This document shows, piece after piece, positions 38,609 through 46,123 of a stretch of 64,000 bases of DNA; within the stretch, counting starts at the first letter, position 1; every line of letters begins with the position of its first letter. Both the position numbers and the translations under genes were made by a program. The notes under the pieces were generated by a model, which saw nothing but the letters and a program-made list of their open reading frames with translations, did no database searches and was not told where the DNA came from. The DNA comes from an uncultured Acidobacteriaceae bacterium (GTDB taxonomy: Bacteria > Acidobacteriota > Terriglobia > Terriglobales > Acidobacteriaceae). Location: assembly GCA_963732305.1 (NCBI GenBank), contig CAVSYW010000002.1:860694-924693 (forward strand), written 5' to 3'.

Positions 38609-40036
38609 ATGCAAGAGCCTGCTCGTGTTGCCATTGATTTAGGCGCGGAAAGCTGCCGGGTTTCGCTGCTTCGCTGGGTGGATGGTCGTCCGGCAATCGA
38701 AATCATCCATCGCATTCCCAACGGACCTAAGCATCGCGGCGCATCGCTCTACTGGTCGCTGACGGAGATTCTCGCCGGGCTTGAGGAAGGACTGCGCAAG
38801 GCAGCGGCGACGGCGACTGAGGGGATCGCGTCGATCGGCGTGGATAGTTGGTCCGTCGATTACGTGCGGCTTGGGCAAGATGGCAAGATGCTGTGCGAGC
38901 CTTTTTGCTATCGCGATGAGCGCACGACGAAGACGAAGCAAGCTGCAGACGCAATCATCTCTTCCTTCGACATCTATCGGCGCACGGGCGCTTATCCCAT
39001 CAATCTCAACACTGTGTATCAGCTCATGGCCGATCCTGTGGCGGGGATCGAGAAGAGCGCGCCGTGGGTGATGTTCCCGGAGTTCGTTCTTTACTGGCTG
39101 AGCGGGCGGCGCGTGGGCGAGTATACGAATGCCGCGCACACAGGGCTTGTGAATCTGAAGACGGGCACGTGGGATGCGGAACTGTTTGAGATGCTGGGGT
39201 TGGATGTCGCCGCCGCGCCGCCGCTGGTGGCGACGGGGACAGTTCTGGGGCCGATAACGGGACCGCTCGCGGCGCTCGACGCCTTCCGCGCGACACAGAT
39301 TATTGCGCCGGCCACGCACGACACGGCGAGCGCCATCGCGGGCATTGCCACGGATCTTAGCTCGGCCGCGTATATCAGCTCGGGCACATGGTCGCTGGTG
39401 GGCACGATTACGCAGACACCGGTGACGACGCGGCACGCCTTCGACGCGGGTTACACGAACATCGGCGCTGCGGGCGGAGGGCTGCTGTTTCACTCGCTCA
39501 TCAATAGCATGTGGCTGCTGAAGCAGTGCATGGACGGCTGGGCGGCGGAGGGGCGGCCGTGGAAGATCGAGGATATCGTCGAGAAGGCTGCCGCATGCAA
39601 TGCCACCGGCGGAGTGCTCGATATGGATGCGCCGACGTTGATGCTCGACTCGGGCATGCCGGAGCGCATGAACAGCGAGTTGAAGCGGCTGGGATTCGAA
39701 GCGATTCCCGACGTGGCGGGCAACGAGCCGCTGTTTGCGCGGACGATTTTTGAAAGCCTGGCGCTGCGGTATGCGTCGGCGCTCGCGAATCTCGAAAAGA
39801 TGCTGGGCCGCAAGCTCGACCGCATTCACATGATTGGCGGAGCCACGCGTAACAAACTGTTGATTGAGCTGACCGAGAAGCAGACCGGGCTGAAGGTCGA
39901 AATCGGCGAGACCGAAAGCTCGACGGTGGGCAGCCTGGCGATTCAACTGGCGGCGAGCGAGGCGACGGGTGAGCGGGTGACGCCCGCGGCTATCGCTAAG
40001 TGGGCAGAGCGGCTGTGCGAGAAGCAGCGTTGCTGA
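38609..40036 (+). CDS. rhaB: Rhamnulokinase (FGGY family)
   Basis: AIDLGAESCR, SIGVDSWSVDY, YRDERT, ATHDTASA, YISSGTWSL, IGGATRN. Confidence 0.92.
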   Translation: MQEPARVAIDLGAESCRVSLLRWVDGRPAIEIIHRIPNGPKHRGASLYWSLTEILAGLEEGLRKAAATATEGIASIGVDSWSVDYVRLGQDGKMLCEPFCYRDERTTKTKQAADAIISSFDIYRRTGAYPINLNTVYQLMADPVAGIEKSAPWVMFPEFVLYWLSGRRVGEYTNAAHTGLVNLKTGTWDAELFEMLGLDVAAAPPLVATGTVLGPITGPLAALDAFRATQIIAPATHDTASAIAGIATDLSSAAYISSGTWSLVGTITQTPVTTRHAFDAGYTNIGAAGGGLLFHSLINSMWLLKQCMDGWAAEGRPWKIEDIVEKAAACNATGGVLDMDAPTLMLDSGMPERMNSELKRLGFEAIPDVAGNEPLFARTIFESLALRYASALANLEKMLGRKLDRIHMIGGATRNKLLIELTEKQTGLKVEIGETESSTVGSLAIQLAASEATGERVTPAAIAKWAERLCEKQRC

Positions 40037-40089
40037 TTGGCTGCTCGCTTGAGCGCGTTTCAATATGTTTGCAGTGGACCTTATCGCTT

Positions 40090-40216
40090 TCCCACCCTTT
40101 TCGCTCGAAGCGCGAAAAGAATGGGGCACGGATCGTTGTGCTGAGTTGAAAGTGGATTGTTGGGGTTCGTGCTTTCCCACATCTCATCCGCCACGGCGGA
40201 CGAGATGTGGGGCACC
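40090..40216. repeat. Two REP-like hairpins with GGGGCAC tails between convergent genes
   Basis: cccaccctttt cgc..gcg aaaagaatggggcac and cccacatctcatccgcc..ggcggacgagatgtggggcaccc. Confidence 0.65.
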
Positions 40217-40273
40217 CGTTTATCGTGGTCGGTCAGGCGCGAAAGCCCGGTGTTCGAGTTGCCGAGCAAGGCG

Positions 40274-40666
40274 CTACTTTGCACCGGGAAATTTCTCCAT
40301 ATGTATCTCGCCTTTGCGCCCGAAGTAGAGCACTTGCCTACCGGTGAGGAAGGCCCGATAGCCGGCTACGCCAGCCGCGGTTGAGCGCTTGACGAACTCA
40401 GGATAGCGAATGGTATCGGCCTGTGCGCCGCGAATTGCGGTCACCAGATCGGCGGCGGAGAATTCTTCGGCGACGGGATCGAGCTTGAGAATCATCGGCT
40501 CCGTAAAGGTTTCGCCATTGGTGGCGTAATAGGTTTTGCGGCCGGCGGCAAAGTCGACGCAATACGATTCGACGCCCACTTCGAGCAGCTTGCCGACTCC
40601 CTGGGGGAAGGTCATTTTGCCTTCCTGGGTTTGAACCGTGACCTCGTGGATGACCTGGGTGTTCAT
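40274..40666 (-). CDS. DUF1398-like protein
   Basis: TFPQ..LLEVGVESY, GVAGY, YFGRKGEIHME pattern; AAGGAGG RBS. Confidence 0.72.
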   Translation of the reverse strand: MNTQVIHEVTVQTQEGKMTFPQGVGKLLEVGVESYCVDFAAGRKTYYATNGETFTEPMILKLDPVAEEFSAADLVTAIRGAQADTIRYPEFVKRSTAAGVAGYRAFLTGRQVLYFGRKGEIHMEKFPGAK

Positions 40667-40676
40667 GATTTCCTCC

Positions 40677-41150
40677 TTATTCAGTGGGAAGTTTTTCGAA
40701 CCCGTGCACCCGCACGAGCTTTTTCAGAATGGAAAGAACCGTTTCGCGCTCCTTGCGGGAGAGCGGATGAAAAAACTCTCGATCGTTCTGGTCGGCGAGG
40801 GCGGCAAGGGTGGGAACCAGCCGCCTGCCCGCTGACGTAAGACCGATCTCCTGGTAGCGGCGATCGCCTCTGCCTTCTTGCCGCGTGACGTAGCCCTTGG
40901 CCAGCAGACGGTCGATCAGTTTGGTGATGGCGCCGCGCGTCATGCCGATATGAGCGGCCACGATGCTGGGTGAGGTGAGGCTTTCGCCGTACATTTCGCG
41001 CATTACCACCCACTCGGCGACAGAGACGCCGCTCTGCTCCAGCTTGCGCGTGAAGGCGTGCGAGACGTGGTTGGAGACGAAGCGCAGCCAGAAGCCGATG
41101 TGGCTTTTGAGTTGACTGACAGCGGCTTGGGAACTGGAGGACCTGCCCAT
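40677..41150 (-). CDS. MarR-family transcriptional regulator (probably leaderless)
   Basis: GMTRGAITKLIDRL, GDRRYQEIGLTSAG winged HTH. Confidence 0.92.
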   Translation of the reverse strand: MGRSSSSQAAVSQLKSHIGFWLRFVSNHVSHAFTRKLEQSGVSVAEWVVMREMYGESLTSPSIVAAHIGMTRGAITKLIDRLLAKGYVTRQEGRGDRRYQEIGLTSAGRRLVPTLAALADQNDREFFHPLSRKERETVLSILKKLVRVHGFEKLPTE

Positions 41151-41156
41151 CAACAT

Positions 41157-41188
41157 ACTTTACGGAGAAATAGTTTCCGTGTCAACTA
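41157..41188 (-). promoter_or_regulatory. marR promoter with overlapping inverted repeat
   Basis: TTGACA-N17-TAAAGT, ATG 41150 six nt after the -10; TAGTT-N8-AACTA at 41171-41188. Confidence 0.65.
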
Positions 41189-41227
41189 CTTTATGAGAAG
41201 ATACACTTGCAGCGACGAGGAGGGTTT

Positions 41228-42019
41228 ATGGCGAAAGCAAGCGTGGCGGGCAAAGTCCGGGGTTTTGAGCGCGGAGTGCGGGCGGCGCTTCGCCAGATGA
41301 AGGATGCCGAGCGGGCCGCGGGGATGCGCGCCTATATGCGCGGCCGTTTCGAGTACCTGGGTGTGGGAACGCCGGAACGTCGGGCTGCGGTCGCGCCGCT
41401 GATGCGCGCATTCAAGCCGGCGAGTGCGGAAGAGCTGCGCGAGGCGGCCGAGGGTTTGTGGGCGATGCGCGAGCGCGAGTATCAATATGTAGCGGCGGAC
41501 CTGCTGATTCGGTATCAAAGTGCGTTGAGCACAGACGATCTCCCCTGGCTGATCGAGTTGGCGCAGCAGAAGTCATGGTGGGACACGGTGGACTGCCTGG
41601 TGAAAGTCGTGGGCAAGATTGTGCGCCGGGCGGAACATGAAGGAAATGGAGCGAAGGGCGTGCGCGCGATGGAGCGGGCGGTGAAGCACGAGGACTTCTG
41701 GGTGCGGCGGATCGCGATGCTGCACCAACTGGGCTGGCGCGGCGAAGTTGACACGGAGCGGCTCTTCCGTTTTGCCGAACTGCTGGCGGCCGAGAAGGAA
41801 TTGTTTATTCGCAAAGCGATCGGGTGGGCGCTGCGCGATTACGCTTGGCATGACTGGCGGGCGGTGGAGAAGTTCCTTAAGACGACCGAGGGGAAGTTTT
41901 CGGGGCTTACGGTGCGCGAAGCTAGCAAGAATTTTGCTGCGCTTAGAGCGCGGCCGCTTGGCCTGCGGGGGTCTGGAGACCCCCGCGACAGCCGGTCTAG
42001 AGACCGGCGTTACAACTAA
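41228..42019 (+). CDS. DNA alkylation repair protein (AlkD-like HEAT-repeat glycosylase family)
   Basis: REYQY, WWDTVD, FWVRRIAMLHQL, LFIRKAIGWALRDYA; C-terminus reads through a REP element. Confidence 0.9.
   Translation: MAKASVAGKVRGFERGVRAALRQMKDAERAAGMRAYMRGRFEYLGVGTPERRAAVAPLMRAFKPASAEELREAAEGLWAMREREYQYVAADLLIRYQSALSTDDLPWLIELAQQKSWWDTVDCLVKVVGKIVRRAEHEGNGAKGVRAMERAVKHEDFWVRRIAMLHQLGWRGEVDTERLFRFAELLAAEKELFIRKAIGWALRDYAWHDWRAVEKFLKTTEGKFSGLTVREASKNFAALRARPLGLRGSGDPRDSRSRDRRYN
41965..42012. repeat. Double-hairpin REP-like family B
   Basis: GCGGGGGTC-TGGA-GACCCCCGC-gaca-GCCGGTC-TAGA-GACCGGC-gttac; relatives at 32272, 48477, 50396, 56726. Confidence 0.75.
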
Positions 42020-43182
42020 TCTTTGTTGCTCTCGGCCCACCATCTTGCGAACGAGGCGAGGGTTGTTCCTGGCGAGTTTTCGGTCGCGTAGCGTTGGAGC
42101 TCTCGATCCGTCGTCTCTTTTTCTGCTTTCATTTGGTTGCGAACTTCGGATGCAAGCCCGGCACCGGCGCTTTCAGGGAAATCGGGGAATTGCGTGTGAA
42201 GGCGGGGGATAGAATCTGCGTCGGGCTCGATCGCGAGTTGATTGACTGCCGCGCGGATGCGCTCGATCGTGCCGCTGACTTCGAGGTCGGGGTCGGCGAG
42301 AATTTGCTCGGCGAGGCTCCTGATGCGCTGCCGCTGCATATCGTGTCCAAGGCGGTGGGCGGCCAATCCGGCAGCGATCGGCAGGTTGCCTTCGTAGCTG
42401 CCGTCGTCATAAAGAGCGGCCTGGAGAAAGATCACGGGGGATTTGGGATCCTCCATGCAGGTTCCATTGGCGGCGGTTCCGGAGTTATCCGAGACGGTGA
42501 GCTGGCCGGTTGCGCCGGGCGCGATGCGCGCCAAGGTTTCCTCGGACCAACCCGACTCCCCGTCGGTGCTGCTGCCGACCCGGTACGCGACGACGGTCTT
42601 TGCGGAGAGATTGTGCACCGTGAGAGTGCCGGTGATGCGATCGCGGGTCGCGTAGTCGTCAAGATTAACCGAGAGTGCGTTGCTGTGCAGGGCCGGCTGG
42701 TTGGCCGTAGCAGGTTGCGGAGTGACGATGCGGAATGTGATGGGCTCGAGGCCGAAGCGCTGCAACTCGGGGAATGTGACCTCTTCGTTGAGCTTTACGG
42801 AATGCGTGGCGAAGGTTTCGTGCGGGATGTCTTCCACTGAGCCGGTTGCCTTGGCGGTATCGAAGTCGCCGTAAAGCACCGTTGCGACGATCGAGACGGT
42901 GTCTCCGCTGGTCTTCAATTCCAGGCGCAACGCGGAAGGCTCGCGAATGCCGGGATCGGGATTGGGCAGATGGCGGAGGCTTGCAGAGCGAAACAGGGCG
43001 ACGCCGGTGGGGGTGGTGAGAGTGAAGTCCTGAGGGCATCCGTTGGCGTCAGGAAATTCCAGGGCAAGCGGGCTGGCCGGGGCCGGGAGCGCTCTTGGAA
43101 TTTGCGGCGATGCGACGCCGGGCACGAGGCAGGCCAGCAGGCAGGCAGAAAAAAGTACGCGATGCGCGATTTTGGCGAGCAT
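42016..43182 (-). CDS. Exported hypothetical protein (~388 aa)
   Basis: Signal peptide MLAKIAHRVLFSACLLACLVPGVA; beta-rich then helical; no family recognised. Confidence 0.75.
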   Translation of the reverse strand: MLAKIAHRVLFSACLLACLVPGVASPQIPRALPAPASPLALEFPDANGCPQDFTLTTPTGVALFRSASLRHLPNPDPGIREPSALRLELKTSGDTVSIVATVLYGDFDTAKATGSVEDIPHETFATHSVKLNEEVTFPELQRFGLEPITFRIVTPQPATANQPALHSNALSVNLDDYATRDRITGTLTVHNLSAKTVVAYRVGSSTDGESGWSEETLARIAPGATGQLTVSDNSGTAANGTCMEDPKSPVIFLQAALYDDGSYEGNLPIAAGLAAHRLGHDMQRQRIRSLAEQILADPDLEVSGTIERIRAAVNQLAIEPDADSIPRLHTQFPDFPESAGAGLASEVRNQMKAEKETTDRELQRYATENSPGTTLASFARWWAESNKD

Positions 43183-43227
43183 AGTTGGCACTCATTATAG
43201 GCTCGCTTGGTTTGGGGTCAAGTGCGC

Positions 43228-43291
43228 GGTGCGTGAGGCGAGCAAGAATTTTAGGGCGCTGGGCCAAGTCGGGAATGGCGTCCGCGCTTGA
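43228..43291 (+). pseudogene. Duplicated 3' end of the AlkD-like gene (VREASKNFRALGQVGNGVRA*)
   Basis: 27/33 nt match to 41911-41943, same reading frame content. Confidence 0.65.
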
Positions 43292-43317
43292 CTTTCGACC
43301 GGGACTGGCCGTAGTTT
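43288..43317 (+). promoter_or_regulatory. sigma70-like promoter
   Basis: TTGACT-N18-TAGTTT. Confidence 0.55.
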
Positions 43318-43323
43318 GTCTTT

Positions 43324-43550
43324 ACACGGGAAAGGAGGATGATCCAGCCTATGAGCAAAGATTCTTCGAGATGTACTGTACGTGAGGTGACTGAGGCCTA
43401 GGGCATCGCGCCCCTGACCCCAGGTAAGTCCAGACGGAGGATTCTCCGCCATGGCTCTGGCTTTCGCGGCAGCGCGATGGCCTTAGTCCAATCCCAACAG
43501 ATCACCGGCAGCGGCCTGGGGACGTGAGTTCCCGGGCCGTTGTTGTTTTA
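43324..43550 (+). ncRNA. Candidate small structured transcript carrying a 16-aa sORF (MSKDSSRCTVREVTEA, 43351-43401)
   Basis: Promoter, AAAGGAGG SD, long-range pairing 43386-43506, intrinsic terminator; family not recognised. Confidence 0.45.
43509..43550 (+). terminator. Intrinsic terminator
   Basis: 15-bp stem CAGCGGCCTGGGGAC-gtga-GTTCCCGGGCCGTTG followed by TTGTTTTT. Confidence 0.75.
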
Positions 43551-43554
43551 AAAA

Positions 43555-43615
43555 CAGGGAATAGGGAACAAGAAGTCAGGGAGCAAGGGAGCGAGGGAAC
43601 AAGGGAACGAGAAAA
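43555..43615. repeat. 7/8-nt purine-rich tandem repeats (CAGGGAA / CAAGGGAA)
   Basis: Direct reading; sister array at 44212-44292. Confidence 0.8.
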
Positions 43616-43662
43616 CCGGGGCGCAGGGATCTGAAAAGCAGGAAACTGCTGAGAGGTGGAGG

Positions 43663-44208
43663 ATGGGACACGAGCTTGATAACACGATTGCGTTGTTGGA
43701 GCGGACGCCGGCAGCGCTCAATGCGCTGCTGCGCGGATTGCCGGAGTTTTGGACGGAGAGGAACGAGGGCGGGGATACCTGGAGCGTGAGCACAGCGATC
43801 GCGCACCTGATTCATTGCGAGGATGAGGATTGGATGCCGCGGGCGCGGCATATTCTGCGTGCGGGTGACAGTGAGCCTTTCGCGCCTCTCGACCGCGAGG
43901 GGCACGTGCGCTTTGGCCGCGGCAAAACGCTGGCGCAACTGCTCGATGAATTTACGCGAGCGCGGACGAAGAGCCTGGACGAACTGCGCGGACTGAAATT
44001 GACGCCGCAGGATCCGGGGCGGAGGGGACGGCATCCGGCCCTCGGCTCGGTTACGTTGTCTGAGCTGCTGGCCACCTGGGCGGCACACGATTTGACGCAC
44101 TTGCACCAGATTTCGCGGATCATGGCGCACCAGATGCGCGAGGCCGTGGGACCATGGGTGCGATTCCTGGGAGTGATGCAGTGCGCGGGACACAGCGAAG
44201 CGGGGTAA
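43663..44208 (+). CDS. DinB/YfiT-like family protein
   Basis: WSVSTAIAHL, HPALGSVTLSELLATWAAHDLTHLHQI metal-binding His pattern. Confidence 0.88.
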   Translation: MGHELDNTIALLERTPAALNALLRGLPEFWTERNEGGDTWSVSTAIAHLIHCEDEDWMPRARHILRAGDSEPFAPLDREGHVRFGRGKTLAQLLDEFTRARTKSLDELRGLKLTPQDPGRRGRHPALGSVTLSELLATWAAHDLTHLHQISRIMAHQMREAVGPWVRFLGVMQCAGHSEAG

Positions 44209-44211
44209 AAG

Positions 44212-44292
44212 CAGGGAACAAGGGAGCAAGGGAGCGAGGGAGCGAGAAGGCAGGGAACAGGGAACAGGGAACAGGGAACAGGGAACAGGGAT
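44212..44292. repeat. 7/8-nt tandem repeats including (CAGGGAA)x5-6
   Basis: cagggaa at 44251, 44258, 44265, 44272, 44279, 44286. Confidence 0.9.
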
Positions 44293-44336
44293 TCGATGCT
44301 CCTTGTGGCTCTTTGATGACTTAGAATCCTCATAGA

Positions 44337-44807
44337 ATGAAGTGTCCATATTGTGGTTTCGGGCAGGATCGGGTGGTGGACTCGCGCGAGAGCAAAGAGG
44401 CCGACTCGATCCGGCGGCGGAGAGAGTGCGAGAAGTGCGAGCGGCGCTTCACCACCTACGAGCGCATCGACGAGATTCCTTACATGGTGGTGAAAAAAGA
44501 CGGCCGGCGCGAGCGATTCGACCGGCAAAAAGTTTTGAGCGGGCTGCTGAGGGCCTGCGAAAAACGGCCGGTGGCTTCAAGCCAACTGGAAAAAATCGTC
44601 GACGCGACGGAGGCGTTTCTTGTGGATGCGCCGGAGCGCGAGCGCACTACTTCAGAAGTTGGCGAGCTCATTATGCAGCACCTCAAGGGGCTCGATACCG
44701 TCGCCTACATTCGCTTTGCGTCGGTGTATCGCGACTTTAAAGATGTGAATGAGTTCAAGCTGGAGTTGGAGGGGCTGCTGGGGAGTCACGGGAAGAAAAA
44801 GAGCTAA
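44337..44807 (+). CDS. nrdR: Transcriptional repressor NrdR
   Basis: MKCPYC...DSR...IRRRRECEKC..RFTTYE, ATP-cone, VAYIRFASVYRDF. Confidence 0.97.
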   Translation: MKCPYCGFGQDRVVDSRESKEADSIRRRRECEKCERRFTTYERIDEIPYMVVKKDGRRERFDRQKVLSGLLRACEKRPVASSQLEKIVDATEAFLVDAPERERTTSEVGELIMQHLKGLDTVAYIRFASVYRDFKDVNEFKLELEGLLGSHGKKKS

Positions 44808-44812
44808 TAAAT

Positions 44813-45826
44813 ATGTCAGAGAAGAAAACACATAAGGTAACGCTGATTCCCGGCGACGGCATTGGGCCGGAAGTTACGCAGGCTGTGGTGCGCATTCTTG
44901 AGGCGACCGGCGCGAAGTTTGAGTGGGAGCGGTTTGCTGCCGGGGCCGAGGCCTTCGAGATTCACGGCGAGTACATTCCCGTGGCGCTGTACGAGTCGAT
45001 CGAACGCAATCGCGTGGCGCTGAAGGGGCCGGTTACGACGCCCATCGGCGGCGGGTTCAAGAGCATCAACGTTACGCTGCGCAAGAAGTTCGATCTCTTC
45101 GCCAACCTGCGGCCTATCCGCAATCTGCCCGGCCTCGATACCAAGTATCCCGGCGTGGACCTGGTGATTGTGCGCGAGAATACCGAGGGCGAGTACGTGG
45201 GCCTGGAGCACGAGGTGGTTCCGGGGGTGGTGGAAAGCATCAAGGTGATTACGGAAAAGGGATCGACGCGCATCGCGCGGTTTGCGTTTGAATATGCGCG
45301 CAAGCACGGGCGCAAGAAGATCCACTCGATTCACAAAGCCAACATTATGAAGCTGTCGGACGGGCTGTTTTTGCGCTGCGCGCGGAAGGTGGCTGAGGAG
45401 TTTCCCGAGATCACGTATGGCGAGCACCTGATCGACAACACCTGCATGCAACTGGTGATGAATCCCTTCCAGTACGACACGCTGTTGCTTGAGAATCTCT
45501 ATGGCGATATTGTGAGCGACTTGTGCGCGGGTCTTGTGGGCGGGTTGGGACTGGCACCGGGCGCGAACCTGGGCGTAGACTGCGCCATTTTTGAGGCGGT
45601 GCACGGGTCGGCGCCGGACATTGCGGGCAAAGATGTGGCCAATCCCACGGCGCTGCTGCAGTCGGCGATTCTGATGCTGCGGTATCTGGACGAGGAGGCC
45701 GCGGCCGATAAGGCGCAGAAGGCGCTGGAAGCAGTGTACGCAGAGCGCCGGACATTGACGCGCGACGTGGGCGGGACGGCGGGAACTACGCAGTTTACTG
45801 AGGCGATGCTGGCGAAAATTGCGTAA
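44813..45826 (+). CDS. icd: NAD-dependent isocitrate dehydrogenase (isocitrate/isopropylmalate dehydrogenase family)
   Basis: IPGDGIGPE, LRKKFDLFANLRP, RENTEGEY, HKANIMK, NLYGDIVSD, EAVHGSAPDIAG. Confidence 0.85.
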   Translation: MSEKKTHKVTLIPGDGIGPEVTQAVVRILEATGAKFEWERFAAGAEAFEIHGEYIPVALYESIERNRVALKGPVTTPIGGGFKSINVTLRKKFDLFANLRPIRNLPGLDTKYPGVDLVIVRENTEGEYVGLEHEVVPGVVESIKVITEKGSTRIARFAFEYARKHGRKKIHSIHKANIMKLSDGLFLRCARKVAEEFPEITYGEHLIDNTCMQLVMNPFQYDTLLLENLYGDIVSDLCAGLVGGLGLAPGANLGVDCAIFEAVHGSAPDIAGKDVANPTALLQSAILMLRYLDEEAAADKAQKALEAVYAERRTLTRDVGGTAGTTQFTEAMLAKIA

Positions 45827-45871
45827 GGCTGGTTTCTGACTGCGTAAATCGTTAGTTTTGCATCCCAGTTT

Positions 45872-45903
45872 CCCCGGTCTCAAAATCGAGACCGGGGGCA
45901 CCC
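45872..45903. repeat. REP-like hairpin family A with compensatory stem change
   Basis: ccccggtctc-aaaatc-gagaccgggg-gcaccc. Confidence 0.75.
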
Positions 45904-46014
45904 GGCGATGGGATAAGACAAGGGAACAAGGGAACAAGAAGACCGGTGGTGCCTCAGTTTGAAGAGGGCTATGCCTTGGGGGCTATTGAATCCTGCAAAA
46001 GAAATGTCCTTGCA

Positions 46015-46112
46015 CCGTCCCTACGGGACTCCGCAGCCAATCTCTGGAATCCGCTTTCCCCACGCTGAAGCGCGGGGCTAACAAACATCGCGCCTCCGGC
46101 GCGCTCGCGACA
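46015..46112. repeat. REP/MITE-like palindromic element between convergent genes
   Basis: gtccc-tac-gggac and ccccacgc-tgaa-gcgcgggg-cta hairpins. Confidence 0.55.
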
Positions 46113-46123
46113 CAGCTTGCGGG

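Noticed and set aside
36305-38614. 769-aa minus-strand ORF opposite rhaEW (similarly 32410-33972, 38639-40180, 51607-53112, 61525-63072)
   Set aside because: Fully overlap well-supported genes on the other strand; typical stop-poor antisense frames in high-GC DNA with no motifs.
43324-43550. Assignment as 6S RNA, SRP RNA, RNase P RNA or tmRNA
   Set aside because: 5' and 3' ends do not pair as a 6S rod, the SRP GGAA-loop motif is absent, it is too short and only loosely similar to RNase P boxes, and there is no tRNA-like CCA end; left as unassigned candidate.
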